Shown: positions 1-9,792, counted from the stretch's first letter. The stretch is 64,000 nucleotides of DNA from an uncultured bacterium (GCA_964644695.1 CAZXWN010000001.1:578805-642804); one strand, 5' to 3'. The notes: a model not told the origin generated them from the sequence alone. A program made the numbers and translations.

Positions 1-33
1 CGCCTTAAGAGTGAGTCTTTTATACTGTAAATT

Positions 34-1035
34 ATGATCAAATCGAAAAAAATACTATTAGCCGTCACGATGGGAGATGCGGCAGGGATCGGTCCAGAGA
101 TTATTTTGAAAACCCTTCAAGATAAAAAACTCTCTCAAAAATGTACTTTAATCGTGATTGGGGATGAAATTGTATTACGAAAAACTGCGGAGAAGATGAA
201 TCTCTCTTATGCTTTAAAACAAATCACTCCCAATCAAATTCAACAAGCAAAAGAACATGTACTAATTAACTTGTCGTTATTTAAGACATTACCTCCTTCG
301 GGAAAACCTTCAAAGTTATGTGGTAAGGCCGCAATTCAGTATCTTGAATTGGCAGTCCAATTCGCAAGGAACAATTGGGTAAGCGGAATAGTAACAGCTC
401 CCATAAACAAAGAGATATTAAAACTGGCGGATTCCCCTTTTCATGGACATACTGAATACCTGGCATCTTTGACAAAAACCAGGAAATTTGGAATGGCTTT
501 CACCGGAGGCGGATTAAAACTGATACTAGCCACCATTCACGAACCTTTATCCAAAGTATCCGGACTTCTCACAAAACCCAGGTTGCGCTCAACTATTTCA
601 TTAGCACTGAGAGCCTGTGAAGAATTAGGATTAAAACATCCCAAAATTGGAGTTGCAGGCTTCAATCCACATGCTGGAGAAAACGGCATGTTCGGACTGG
701 AAGAGATTAAAACCATCACCCCCATCATCCATGAATTTCAGAAAAAAGGATGCCAAGTTATTGGACCCGTTCCTCCCGACACCTTATTCCACAGAGCCCT
801 TTCAGGTGAGTTCGATTTCTTAGTAACGATGTATCATGACCAGGCATTAATACCTCTGAAAACATTGGATTTTCATGGAGGCGTAAATTTCACCGTAGGC
901 TTACCGATTATCAGAACATCTCCAGACCACGGAACAGCATATAATTTAGTCGGAAAAGGATTGGCAAATCCGTCTTCAATGATATCAGCTGTTCACCTGG
1001 CCCTTGAAATGGCCCAAAATAGAAAATTAACTTAG
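34..1035 (+). CDS. pdxA: 4-hydroxythreonine-4-phosphate dehydrogenase PdxA
   Basis: 333-aa ORF with the PdxA-type N-terminus (LAVTMGDAAGIGPEII) and the conserved His/Asp metal-binding region; length is typical. Confidence 0.85.
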   Translation: MIKSKKILLAVTMGDAAGIGPEIILKTLQDKKLSQKCTLIVIGDEIVLRKTAEKMNLSYALKQITPNQIQQAKEHVLINLSLFKTLPPSGKPSKLCGKAAIQYLELAVQFARNNWVSGIVTAPINKEILKLADSPFHGHTEYLASLTKTRKFGMAFTGGGLKLILATIHEPLSKVSGLLTKPRLRSTISLALRACEELGLKHPKIGVAGFNPHAGENGMFGLEEIKTITPIIHEFQKKGCQVIGPVPPDTLFHRALSGEFDFLVTMYHDQALIPLKTLDFHGGVNFTVGLPIIRTSPDHGTAYNLVGKGLANPSSMISAVHLALEMAQNRKLT

Positions 1036-1129
1036 GTATTCTGCCTCTCAAACTCAATCATGGTTTCGTGATAAAGTATCCCTAATATCTGACAAAATAA
1101 GTCGGTCATTAATAATAAGGAAATATCCA

Positions 1130-2230
1130 ATGGAATTTGCTTCAACAATACAAATAGAACGCCGAAAGACCCGATCTGTAAAAGTAGGAAATTTAATGCT
1201 GGGTGGCGAACATCCTGTTCGCATCCAATCTATGACCACAGCATTCACTCACGATATTGATGCTACGGTTTCACAAATAAACCGATTAGTCGAAGCTGGA
1301 TGTGAAATTATCCGTGTTGCAGTTCCGGATATGAAGGATGCAGAAGCTCTGGGTGAAATAAAAAAACAGTGTTCCATTCCTTTAGTTGCCGACATTCATT
1401 TCAATCATCATCTGGCTTTAAAAGCAATAGAAATGGGTGTCGATAAAATTAGGCTTAATCCGGGGAATATTCGAGATGAAGAAAAGGTAAAAGAAGTAGT
1501 TGCAGCGGCAAAAGAGCGAGGTATTCCAATTCGAATCGGTGTGAATGGCGGATCAATCAATCCACAACTTATCGAAAAGTTTGGAGGCCTGACACCTGAA
1601 GCAATGACCGAAGCTGCATTATGGGAAATTGGGGTCCTTGAAGAATTAGGTTTCCATGACATATTAATTTCACTAAAGACATCTGATGTAAATTTAACCG
1701 TCGCCAGTTATAAGCGACTCGCAGAACGCTGTGATTATCCTTTCCATTTAGGAATCACCGAAGCAGGCCCAGCCTGGAGAGGAACCATTAAATCCTCTGT
1801 GGGACTGGGTGCAATGCTCTGGTTAGGTCTGGGAGATACCATCAGAGTCTCTCTGACGGCGGATCCAGTTGAGGAAGTAAAAGTTGGATGGGAAATATTG
1901 AAAGCATTAGGGTTAAGAACACATGGTGTAACCATTATCTCATGCCCAACTTGTGGTAGATGTCAGGTTGATTTGCTCCCTATAGTAGAGAAAGTAGAAA
2001 AAGCTTTAGAAAATATAAAAGAACCTATTACGGTGGCTGTCATGGGCTGTGAAGTCAATGGACCTGGTGAAGCCAAAATGGCAGAAGTGGGAATTGCATC
2101 AGGAAAAGGTGTGGGTTTACTTTTAAAACATGGTGAGAAGATCAAGAGAATCAATGAAGCAGACTTTGTTGATGAGATTGTAAAAGAAGTCCAGAAAACC
2201 ATTGAATCTAGAAAAATTAAACCCTTGTAA
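1130..2230 (+). CDS. ispG: 4-hydroxy-3-methylbut-2-enyl diphosphate synthase IspG (GcpE)
   Basis: 366 aa with GcpE TIM-barrel motifs (VRIQSMT, RINPGN) and the C-terminal 4Fe-4S Cys triad CPTCGRC...GC; AAGGAAAT RBS 8 nt upstream. Confidence 0.9.
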   Translation: MEFASTIQIERRKTRSVKVGNLMLGGEHPVRIQSMTTAFTHDIDATVSQINRLVEAGCEIIRVAVPDMKDAEALGEIKKQCSIPLVADIHFNHHLALKAIEMGVDKIRLNPGNIRDEEKVKEVVAAAKERGIPIRIGVNGGSINPQLIEKFGGLTPEAMTEAALWEIGVLEELGFHDILISLKTSDVNLTVASYKRLAERCDYPFHLGITEAGPAWRGTIKSSVGLGAMLWLGLGDTIRVSLTADPVEEVKVGWEILKALGLRTHGVTIISCPTCGRCQVDLLPIVEKVEKALENIKEPITVAVMGCEVNGPGEAKMAEVGIASGKGVGLLLKHGEKIKRINEADFVDEIVKEVQKTIESRKIKPL

Positions 2231-2248
2231 ATAGAAAACTTAAAGAAA

Positions 2249-2284
2249 GGAGCATCGAACAAGATCGATCTAGTTCGATGCTCC
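2249..2284. repeat. Palindromic hairpin repeat family A, copy 1. GGAGCATCGAAC - 12 nt loop aagatcgatcta - GTTCGATGCTCC; sits between convergent ispG and the AraC gene and is a likely bidirectional terminator
   Basis: Perfect 12-bp inverted repeat read directly; the core ATCGAAC.AGATC...GATCT.GTTCGAT recurs at 27147 and 39186. Confidence 0.8.
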
Positions 2285-2297
2285 TTCGTCATAGAAA

Positions 2298-3173
2298 CTA
2301 TTTTATTGGGACATAAATATCAATTTCCGTGCTTGGATCATACATTCCTTTAAATCGGGAATCATACTTTTCAAAATCAAACATTCCAGCCAATTCCAGT
2401 CCGGATTGTGGGAACCAGGTTCCATAGATATGTCCATAAGTCTCCTTCAAATTCGTTAAAGGACCTTTGTGAGTAAAAACCGCATATCGTGAGGCTGGAA
2501 GAATTCGACAAACCATTCCTTCGGGAACAGTCTCATTTTTTTCAACTTCAATACCAGCAACATAGGTAAAAGGTTGTGAAGGTGAATCACCAAAACAAAT
2601 ACCGTAAGATTCATCATCATTCTTTTTGTTTTTTATTTCATTCATTCGAGGACAAAACTTCTCCCATAATTTGGGGATAGTATGGTCTTCATCATTATCT
2701 TTCAGGGTCGTAAGAATTTCCAAACCAACAATCGTCAATTCAGGTTGTTGGATAATTACGGGTTCCATATCAATTCCTCCATAATAAAATATTGTTTGTG
2801 TGGGATGTAAAACGACCCGGGGATACGAGTTCATCTTTTCATGACTCTTTCGGTAATTCCCCGGATTCATACCATGTTGACGTCGGAAAGCACGAATAAA
2901 GGACTCATGAGTGCCAAAACAATACCGAAGCGCCACATCCAAAACAGAGTCAGGAAACTGTCGCAACCGGCAAGCCGCCATGGTCAACCGCCGTTTACGA
3001 ACATAATCCGCAACTGTTATTCCCAGCCAGGCCTGAAACAACCGGTGGAAGTGAAACTTGGAAAAGCAGGCACTCCCTGCTATGTCATCCAGATCAATAT
3101 CTTCTTCAAGATGGTCTTCAATAAAATCAAGTGCTTTTTGGAGTCTTATTCGATAATCGTCCTGTGTCATCAT
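2298..3173 (-). CDS. AraC-family transcriptional regulator with C-terminal GyrI-like effector-binding domain
   Basis: N-terminal AraC HTH signature (FSKFHFHRLFQAWLGITVADYVRKRRL...AFRRQHGMNPGNYR) followed by about 150 aa resembling the GyrI/SbmC-like small-molecule-binding fold. Confidence 0.75.
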   Translation of the reverse strand: MMTQDDYRIRLQKALDFIEDHLEEDIDLDDIAGSACFSKFHFHRLFQAWLGITVADYVRKRRLTMAACRLRQFPDSVLDVALRYCFGTHESFIRAFRRQHGMNPGNYRKSHEKMNSYPRVVLHPTQTIFYYGGIDMEPVIIQQPELTIVGLEILTTLKDNDEDHTIPKLWEKFCPRMNEIKNKKNDDESYGICFGDSPSQPFTYVAGIEVEKNETVPEGMVCRILPASRYAVFTHKGPLTNLKETYGHIYGTWFPQSGLELAGMFDFEKYDSRFKGMYDPSTEIDIYVPIK

Positions 3174-3277
3174 AGGGATTTATCTTACCCTGTTTTTCAT
3201 GGGTTTTTCTTGACGTTTTTTGCTATTCTAAAAGAAAGATTTTTACTACCACCCTGTCAGTAAATGAGGTTTAATTT

Positions 3278-6061
3278 ATGTCGAAATCAGAGAATTCAAA
3301 ACAATACGAAATTCATGTCATCTCTCAAACCCACTGGGATCGTGAATGGCGGTATTCTTTCCAAAAAAATCGCATGTATCTGGTCGATATGATGGATCAG
3401 ATGATGGAGATCCTAGAAAACGATAAAAACTATCGATTCTTCCATCTGGATTCTCAAACGATTCCCTTAGAAGATTATCTGGCGGTAAAACCAGAAAACA
3501 GAAAGAGAATAGAAAAACTGGTCAAATCGGGCAGACTTTTAGTGGGTCCATGGTATTGTCTTCCCGATGAATTTCTAGTCTCAGGAGAATCTCTGGTAAG
3601 GAACCTGTTGGTAGGACATCGAATCGCTAAGGAATTTGGAGCCCCGATGAAGGTCGGGTATTCTCCTTTTTCATGGGGTCAAATTTCACAACTCCCACAG
3701 TTATATGCAGGTTTTGGGATAGACAGTATTCTTTTCTATCGTGGTATCAGTTCAACACAAGCCCCCAAATCAGAATTTATATGGGAAGGTGCAGATGGTA
3801 CAAAGGCCCTAACCTCACGGTTTGCCAGTTGGCCTCGCTATAACTTTTGGTATTTCATTTATAGAAGAGCCTTATACAATCGAGGTCCGGGGGATCGTGA
3901 TTATCGTTGGAGTGAAGGTGGTTTACCCTTTAAGGTAAATGACCTTTCTGCTGGTATTGATGCCGATTATGAAATGTTAGACCAAGTCTTCTCATACAAT
4001 AATGAAAACTTGAAACAATGGTGCAATGAACTGATTGATATGCAAAAAGATGAATTCGGTACCAATCAAATTGCCTGGATGAATGGACACGATTCAAGTT
4101 CTGCTCACCCCTATGAACCAAGACTGGTCGCAGATTGTCAGAAGGTCAGACCCAATGACAAAGTCACCCATAGCAGTTTTCCCCAATATATTGAAAAACT
4201 TAAGTCCACAGTCAAAAACCTGAAAACGGTTAAAGGTGAAATGCGGTATGTCTACCGTACTCCGTCAATGTCCGTTTTATACGGATATGTTACTTCGGCG
4301 CGTATTTATCTAAAACAACTGAATACGGCAACGGAACGGAAATTACAAGGATATGCTGAGCCCTTTGCTTCTGTCACAAAACTTCTTGGGGATGACTATC
4401 CAAAAGGGTTCCTGGATATGTCATGGAAATGGTTACTTGAGAATCATGGGCATGACGCTATTGGTGGTTGTTCTGTCGATGGAGTCCATGAAGATATGGT
4501 TTACCGTTATCGGCAGTCATCTGAAATATCCCAAAATGTCTTGTACAAATCATTCCAAAATATTGTTCGTCGTATCGACACCCTGGACCGCGACAAAGAT
4601 AGTATTTTCCTTGTCGCCTTTAATCCTTTGCCTTTCCCAAAAGAAGAAATTCTCACACCTCAAGTGGATATCCCCGCTTCAATGCCATGGAAATCCTTGT
4701 CGATAAAAGATGCAACCACAGGTCAGGAAGTTCCTGTCCAGATTCAGTCCATTGAATCAACCTATCCTGTCATGCAAACCATGGCAGACACACCCATGAT
4801 GTTCTCTGTAAAACGGGCCACACTTCATTTCCCCTCCGGACTCATCCCAGCCATGGGATATAAAGTATATGAAGTTATCCGAAAAGACAGCATTAAAAGA
4901 AATCATGGAACGATGGTTACTGCACCTAATGAAATGGAAAATGATTACCTCAAAGTTACCATTCAATCCAATGGGTCTGTTACTTTGGAAGACAAGATAA
5001 CCGGTAATTTTTATCACGACCTCAATTACTTTGAAGACCGCGGAGAAGCTGGTAATCCATGGGTAACCAAACCACCCTATTTTGATAAAGTATTTACATC
5101 ACTGAGTCAAAATGCCGAAGTCACCCTTCTTGAACAGGGTGCTATCCAGACAATTTATCAAGTAAAATGGGTACTACAACTCCCAGAGACATTAAACCAT
5201 GACTACACTCGCCGTACAGATGCCACCAAACCTGTTGAAATAATTTCTCGGTATATATTACGTGCTGGAGCAAAACGGCTGGATATTGAAACCACCGTCA
5301 ATAATACTGTCGAATATCACCGACTCAGAGCATGTTTCCCAACAAATGTAGAGACTCGTTATCATTATGCAGATGGCCAGTTTGATGTTTTAAAAAGAGC
5401 AATTGATAGCCCAGATGACACCACTTGGAACGAGCCAGAAATGAAGGAAAAACCTCAGAACAACTTTGTAGTCATTTCCAGTAATGATCGTTCAATGGCT
5501 ATTTTAAATGATGGCATCAAAGAGTATGAAGTTCAGGCAGACAAGCAACATACGATAGCCTTAACGCTTCTCCGTTCGTTCTCAATAAAAATTGATCTTT
5601 TGGGTGAAGGTGGAGTTGATTACAGGGATCAGATGAAAGGCAGTCAATGTCTGGGACTCCACACTTATAAGTACTCCGTTTATCCTCATAAAGGCCATTG
5701 GGAAAAAGCAGGCGTTATGGATGAAGCATTGGCATTTAACTATCCCAGCAGACTAATTCAGTGTGGGAAAGCAACACATAAGGGTTCATTACCTGCTACT
5801 GAATACAGCTTCATGCAAATTCCTAAACCCTTGATTTTATCTGCGCTAAAACAGGCGGAATCTGGAGTCGGACTAGTACTTCGTATCTATAATCCAACAG
5901 AAAAAGCGGTATCGACCACGATTAAACTCTGTAATCCAATAAAGCAGGCATTTATAACAGATATGGAAGAAAATCCACTAAAGAAAGCTACACTTAAATC
6001 CGGCAATTTACTTGTAGAATTAAATCCTAAGAAAATTGGAACTTACCACTTAGTATTTTAA
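3278..6061 (+). CDS. Glycoside hydrolase family 38 alpha-mannosidase (cytoplasmic; no signal peptide)
   Basis: 927 aa; N-terminal GH38 catalytic motif HVISQTHWDREWRY plus central and C-terminal GH38 domains; GAGG RBS. Confidence 0.8.
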   Translation: MSKSENSKQYEIHVISQTHWDREWRYSFQKNRMYLVDMMDQMMEILENDKNYRFFHLDSQTIPLEDYLAVKPENRKRIEKLVKSGRLLVGPWYCLPDEFLVSGESLVRNLLVGHRIAKEFGAPMKVGYSPFSWGQISQLPQLYAGFGIDSILFYRGISSTQAPKSEFIWEGADGTKALTSRFASWPRYNFWYFIYRRALYNRGPGDRDYRWSEGGLPFKVNDLSAGIDADYEMLDQVFSYNNENLKQWCNELIDMQKDEFGTNQIAWMNGHDSSSAHPYEPRLVADCQKVRPNDKVTHSSFPQYIEKLKSTVKNLKTVKGEMRYVYRTPSMSVLYGYVTSARIYLKQLNTATERKLQGYAEPFASVTKLLGDDYPKGFLDMSWKWLLENHGHDAIGGCSVDGVHEDMVYRYRQSSEISQNVLYKSFQNIVRRIDTLDRDKDSIFLVAFNPLPFPKEEILTPQVDIPASMPWKSLSIKDATTGQEVPVQIQSIESTYPVMQTMADTPMMFSVKRATLHFPSGLIPAMGYKVYEVIRKDSIKRNHGTMVTAPNEMENDYLKVTIQSNGSVTLEDKITGNFYHDLNYFEDRGEAGNPWVTKPPYFDKVFTSLSQNAEVTLLEQGAIQTIYQVKWVLQLPETLNHDYTRRTDATKPVEIISRYILRAGAKRLDIETTVNNTVEYHRLRACFPTNVETRYHYADGQFDVLKRAIDSPDDTTWNEPEMKEKPQNNFVVISSNDRSMAILNDGIKEYEVQADKQHTIALTLLRSFSIKIDLLGEGGVDYRDQMKGSQCLGLHTYKYSVYPHKGHWEKAGVMDEALAFNYPSRLIQCGKATHKGSLPATEYSFMQIPKPLILSALKQAESGVGLVLRIYNPTEKAVSTTIKLCNPIKQAFITDMEENPLKKATLKSGNLLVELNPKKIGTYHLVF

Positions 6062-6076
6062 TTATTTACATATAAA

Positions 6077-6109
6077 AGCGGGCTGTTAAAGCAAGCAGCC
6101 CGCTTTTTC
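6077..6109 (+). terminator. Rho-independent terminator after the GH38 gene
   Basis: AGCGGGCTG-loop-CAGCCCGCT hairpin followed by TTTTT. Confidence 0.75.
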
Positions 6110-6191
6110 TAAAATCTTCTAATTAATTCTCATCAATTTTTTGTTATGATATATACACTCAGTATTTTTGATTGATACTCAGTCAATTGTT

Positions 6192-6268
6192 CGGGGCGTG
6201 GCACAGCTGGCTAGCGCGCATGGTTTGGGACCATGAGGTCGCCGGTTCAAATCCGGCCGCCCCGACCA
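6192..6268 (+). tRNA. tRNA-Pro (anticodon TGG)
   Basis: Cloverleaf folded by hand: acceptor CGGGGCG/CGCCCCG, anticodon loop TTTGGGA, T-loop TTCAAAT, encoded CCA. Confidence 0.9.
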
Positions 6269-6284
6269 TTTCAAACATCAAATC

Positions 6285-7073
6285 ATGCCTATTAAAACCT
6301 CCCACTTATTCATCACAACTCCTGATGGGTATTCCTTGGACACATTACTTAAACAATCTGATAGTTCTGATTTTATTGTGGTTTTTGCTCACGGGATGAC
6401 AGTTAATAAAGATGAAACGATCTTTATTAAGGCTGAAGAATTATTGAATACTGCCGGTATTAGTACACTCAGATTTGATTTCAGAGCCCATGGCAACAGT
6501 TCTGGAACCCCTATAAATGATTTTACAATCAGCAAATTGCTACTGGACTTGGAAACAATCATCTCTTATACAGAAACCTTGGGATATAGGAAGATTGGCT
6601 TAGCTGGGGCAAGCTTTGGTGGAGGTATTTCAGCATTATTTGCCGGCAAGTATCCAGATAAAACAGGCCTATTATTGTTAGCAAATCCAGTTTTAAATTT
6701 CGAACAAGAGTTTTTATTTCCAACGACTCCATGGACAAAACTTTATTTCAGCAATGTTAAAAATGACCTGCATAAGCAGGGGTATGTAGAATTTCAAAAC
6801 ATTAACTTTAAAATGGGGCCACAATTGTTTCAGGAAATGTGCAAATTTAATCCATCAAAGACCCTTCAAAACTATAACCAGCAGATTCTCATAATACACG
6901 GTTCAGTAGACCAAAAGATTTCTTATCAAAATGTTCAATGTACATATCAGAATCTACCCACATCCAATAAAAAATTTATTACTATTGCTGGAGGGGACCA
7001 TGGTTTTAGTAATGAACCCTTTTGCAGCGAAGTCGCCAACCACATTTTTGAATACTTTGTAAAAGTCCGCTAA
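6285..7073 (+). CDS. Alpha/beta-hydrolase fold protein (esterase/lipase-like)
   Basis: 262 aa with HG oxyanion-hole motif (FAHGM), nucleophile elbow GxSxG (GASFGG) and a C-terminal catalytic His; starts 16 nt after tRNA-Pro. Confidence 0.7.
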   Translation: MPIKTSHLFITTPDGYSLDTLLKQSDSSDFIVVFAHGMTVNKDETIFIKAEELLNTAGISTLRFDFRAHGNSSGTPINDFTISKLLLDLETIISYTETLGYRKIGLAGASFGGGISALFAGKYPDKTGLLLLANPVLNFEQEFLFPTTPWTKLYFSNVKNDLHKQGYVEFQNINFKMGPQLFQEMCKFNPSKTLQNYNQQILIIHGSVDQKISYQNVQCTYQNLPTSNKKFITIAGGDHGFSNEPFCSEVANHIFEYFVKVR

Positions 7074-7221
7074 CAACTCACCATACCATAACTATTAACC
7101 TAATAAACATATAGTTGATATTCACACTAAGTTGACTATGATATAGAAATAATTAATTTTGGGCTAATCTTTTTAATATGATGTAAATATTGGATATTCA
7201 ACAATTAAACGAGGATAAACC

Positions 7222-8529
7222 ATGGATCTCTCCCTACTATCACGCATTCAATTTGCCTTTACAGTAGCATTTCATTATTTATTCCCCCCAATGAGTATCG
7301 GATTAAGTCTTTTTTTAGTCATATTTGAAGGCCTATATCTTAAAACTGGAAATGAAATCTATCACAAATTAACAAAGTTCTGGGTCAAGATATTTTCATT
7401 AACATTTGCACTCGGAGTTGCCACAGGGATTGTGATGGAATTCCAATTTGGCACCAATTGGTCTAGATATTCACGTTTTGTCGGAGATGTCTTTGGAAGC
7501 CCCCTTGCAGCTGAAGGATTGTTTGCCTTTTTCCTTGAATCAGGATTTTTGGGTATCCTTTTATTTGGATGGAACCGTGTCAGTAAAAGAATGCACTTTA
7601 TTTCAACAATATTAGTTTGTCTGGGTGCCCATCTCAGTGCTTTTTGGATTATCGTTGCTAATTCCTGGCAACAAACTCCAGCAGGACATCACATAGTAAA
7701 TGGCAGAGCAGAAATCGTTGATTTCTGGGCCATGGTCTTCAATCCATCCACTATCGATAGATTCATACACAGTATCGGTGGGTGTTGGTTAACAGGTGCC
7801 TTTATCGTTTTATCAGTCAGTGCGTTTTATTTACTAAAGAAAATACATCTTGAGTATGCAAAAATTTGCATGAAAACAGGTATTTTAGTTGCCCTATGCA
7901 GCTCCCTTCTCCAATTATTTTCAGGGCATTCCAGTGCTATCGGTGTTTCAAAATACCAGCCGGCCAAACTAGCGGCTTTTGAAGGTCATTTTGAGGAAAA
8001 TGCTCCAGCCGATCTATATCTTTTTGGTTGGGTTTTTGATAAACAGGAAAAAACAATAGGAATTGCAATTCCTAAAATGCTCAGCATATTGGTATCAGGC
8101 AATCCTAATACTCCTGTGATGGGACTTAAATCATTCAGCCCAGAGAACAGGCCCCCAGTGAACATAGTATTCCAGACATATCATCTAATGGTTGGAATAG
8201 GTTTTGCGTTAATTGGATTATCCTTATTAGGACTATTCCTTTGGTGGAGAGGTTCTCTTTTTGAGAATAAATGGGTTCTTTATTGCTTTCTAATTTCAGC
8301 ACTCGGTCCACAAATTGCAAATCAAGTTGGTTGGGCTTCAGCTGAAATAGGCAGACAACCATGGATTGTTTATAACCTCTTACGGACAAAAGATGCATTT
8401 TCTCCAGTGGTGGGGCAGGCGGAAGTATTTACATCACTCTTGCTATTTGGATTTGTATACTTTGTTCTATTTGTTCTATTTCTTTATTTATTGGATCAAA
8501 AAATACGAGTAAAACCAGAACTGGACTAA
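7222..8529 (+). CDS. cydA: Cytochrome bd ubiquinol oxidase subunit I
   Basis: 435 aa multi-TM protein with the characteristic CydA N-terminus (RIQFAFTVAFHYLFPPMSIGL) and Q-loop region. Confidence 0.9.
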   Translation: MDLSLLSRIQFAFTVAFHYLFPPMSIGLSLFLVIFEGLYLKTGNEIYHKLTKFWVKIFSLTFALGVATGIVMEFQFGTNWSRYSRFVGDVFGSPLAAEGLFAFFLESGFLGILLFGWNRVSKRMHFISTILVCLGAHLSAFWIIVANSWQQTPAGHHIVNGRAEIVDFWAMVFNPSTIDRFIHSIGGCWLTGAFIVLSVSAFYLLKKIHLEYAKICMKTGILVALCSSLLQLFSGHSSAIGVSKYQPAKLAAFEGHFEENAPADLYLFGWVFDKQEKTIGIAIPKMLSILVSGNPNTPVMGLKSFSPENRPPVNIVFQTYHLMVGIGFALIGLSLLGLFLWWRGSLFENKWVLYCFLISALGPQIANQVGWASAEIGRQPWIVYNLLRTKDAFSPVVGQAEVFTSLLLFGFVYFVLFVLFLYLLDQKIRVKPELD

Positions 8530-8543
8530 CCACACGGAGGTTT

Positions 8544-9575
8544 ATGTATATGCTGGGATTTGATTTGAATATTACATGGTTCTGTTTAGTTGGAATTCTT
8601 TTTATAGGATATGCCATTTTAGATGGATTTGATTTGGGCGTTGGTATATTACATTTACTTACTAAAAAGGATACTGATCGAAGAGTACTAATAAACTCAA
8701 TTGGCCCCATTTGGGATGGAAATGAAGTTTGGCTAATCACGGGAGGCGGAGCACTTTTTGCAGCATTCCCTATGGTGTATGCGACTGTTTTTTCTGGATT
8801 TTACCTGGCTTTTATATTGTTACTAATGGCTTTGATATTTAGAGCAACCGCCATTGAATTTAGAAGTAAACAAACACAATCTTGGTGGACAAATATTTGG
8901 GATACACTTTTCTGTATTGGAAGTACATTAGCGGCATTGCTTATAGGTGTCGCGCTTGGCAACATGATACGAGGAATTCCTTTAACAACTGATTATGAGT
9001 ATTCAGGAACTTTTATTGGCCTTTTAAATCCATTTTCTCTTATTATTGGTCTATTTGTTGTTTCTCTTTTCGCAATGCATGGGAATCTGTATCTTTTATT
9101 AAAAACAGAAGGTGAATTAAAAAAACAAATCAAACATTGGCTTCCATATACTACAAGTATTTTTATCTTTTTTTATTTTATTTCCACCATTTTAATTTTC
9201 ATCCTTGCACCGAGAATGATTAGTAACTTTTCTAATGCACCGACTCTTTTTATTATTCCCCTTGTTACTGCATTTGTAGTCCTATTTATGATTTGGAAAG
9301 AAAATAAAGAACATTATTGGCATGCTTTTCTTGCATCTTCAATAATCATATTTTTATTATTATTGACCTACGGAATGGGAACTTTTCCTTACATGGTTTA
9401 TTCGCTTGGAAACGCAAACAATCATTTAAGCATCTATAATGCGGCATCATCAAAGAATACTCTCAAGACAATGCTTATAATCGCCGCCATTGGTGTCCCC
9501 CTGGTTCTTATGTATACAACATTAATTTACAGGGTATTCAAAGGAAAAGTTATACTTGATAAACACAGTTATTGA
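8544..9575 (+). CDS. cydB: Cytochrome bd ubiquinol oxidase subunit II
   Basis: 343 aa polytopic membrane protein 14 nt downstream of cydA; CydB-like N-terminus (LNITWFCLVGILFIGYAILDGFDLGVG). Confidence 0.85.
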   Translation: MYMLGFDLNITWFCLVGILFIGYAILDGFDLGVGILHLLTKKDTDRRVLINSIGPIWDGNEVWLITGGGALFAAFPMVYATVFSGFYLAFILLLMALIFRATAIEFRSKQTQSWWTNIWDTLFCIGSTLAALLIGVALGNMIRGIPLTTDYEYSGTFIGLLNPFSLIIGLFVVSLFAMHGNLYLLLKTEGELKKQIKHWLPYTTSIFIFFYFISTILIFILAPRMISNFSNAPTLFIIPLVTAFVVLFMIWKENKEHYWHAFLASSIIIFLLLLTYGMGTFPYMVYSLGNANNHLSIYNAASSKNTLKTMLIIAAIGVPLVLMYTTLIYRVFKGKVILDKHSY

Positions 9576-9647
9576 ACTTTGTTTTCAATAGATAAAAGCC
9601 CTTGTAAACCTACTTGGGTTTTTATTTATGATAAAATTTTATACAAA

Positions 9648-9724
9648 GCGCCCGTAGCTCAGCTGGATAGAGCATCTGCCTTCTAAGCAGAGGGTCACAG
9701 GTTCGAATCCTGTCGGGCGCGCCA
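9648..9724 (+). tRNA. tRNA-Arg (anticodon TCT)
   Basis: Acceptor GCGCCCG/CGGGCGC, anticodon stem TCTGC/GCAGA, loop CTTCTAA, CCA encoded. Confidence 0.88.
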
Positions 9725-9792
9725 TTGCTTATGTTTTTTTACTTCCTTGAAGTATGTCAAAGGTTTCGTGTACAATTATTTAATATACTGAT

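Noticed and set aside
2841-3263. 140-aa plus-strand ORF
   Set aside because: It is antisense to the well-supported AraC/GyrI regulator gene, with no RBS and no homology signal.
6172-6399. 75-aa ORF in the six-frame track
   Set aside because: It overlaps tRNA-Pro entirely and runs into the real hydrolase gene in another frame, so it is spurious.
9693-9699. Possible amber-suppressor (CTA) anticodon in the first tRNA
   Set aside because: That reading came from mis-phasing the anticodon stem. With stem TCTGC/GCAGA the 7-nt loop is CTTCTAA and the anticodon is TCT (Arg).
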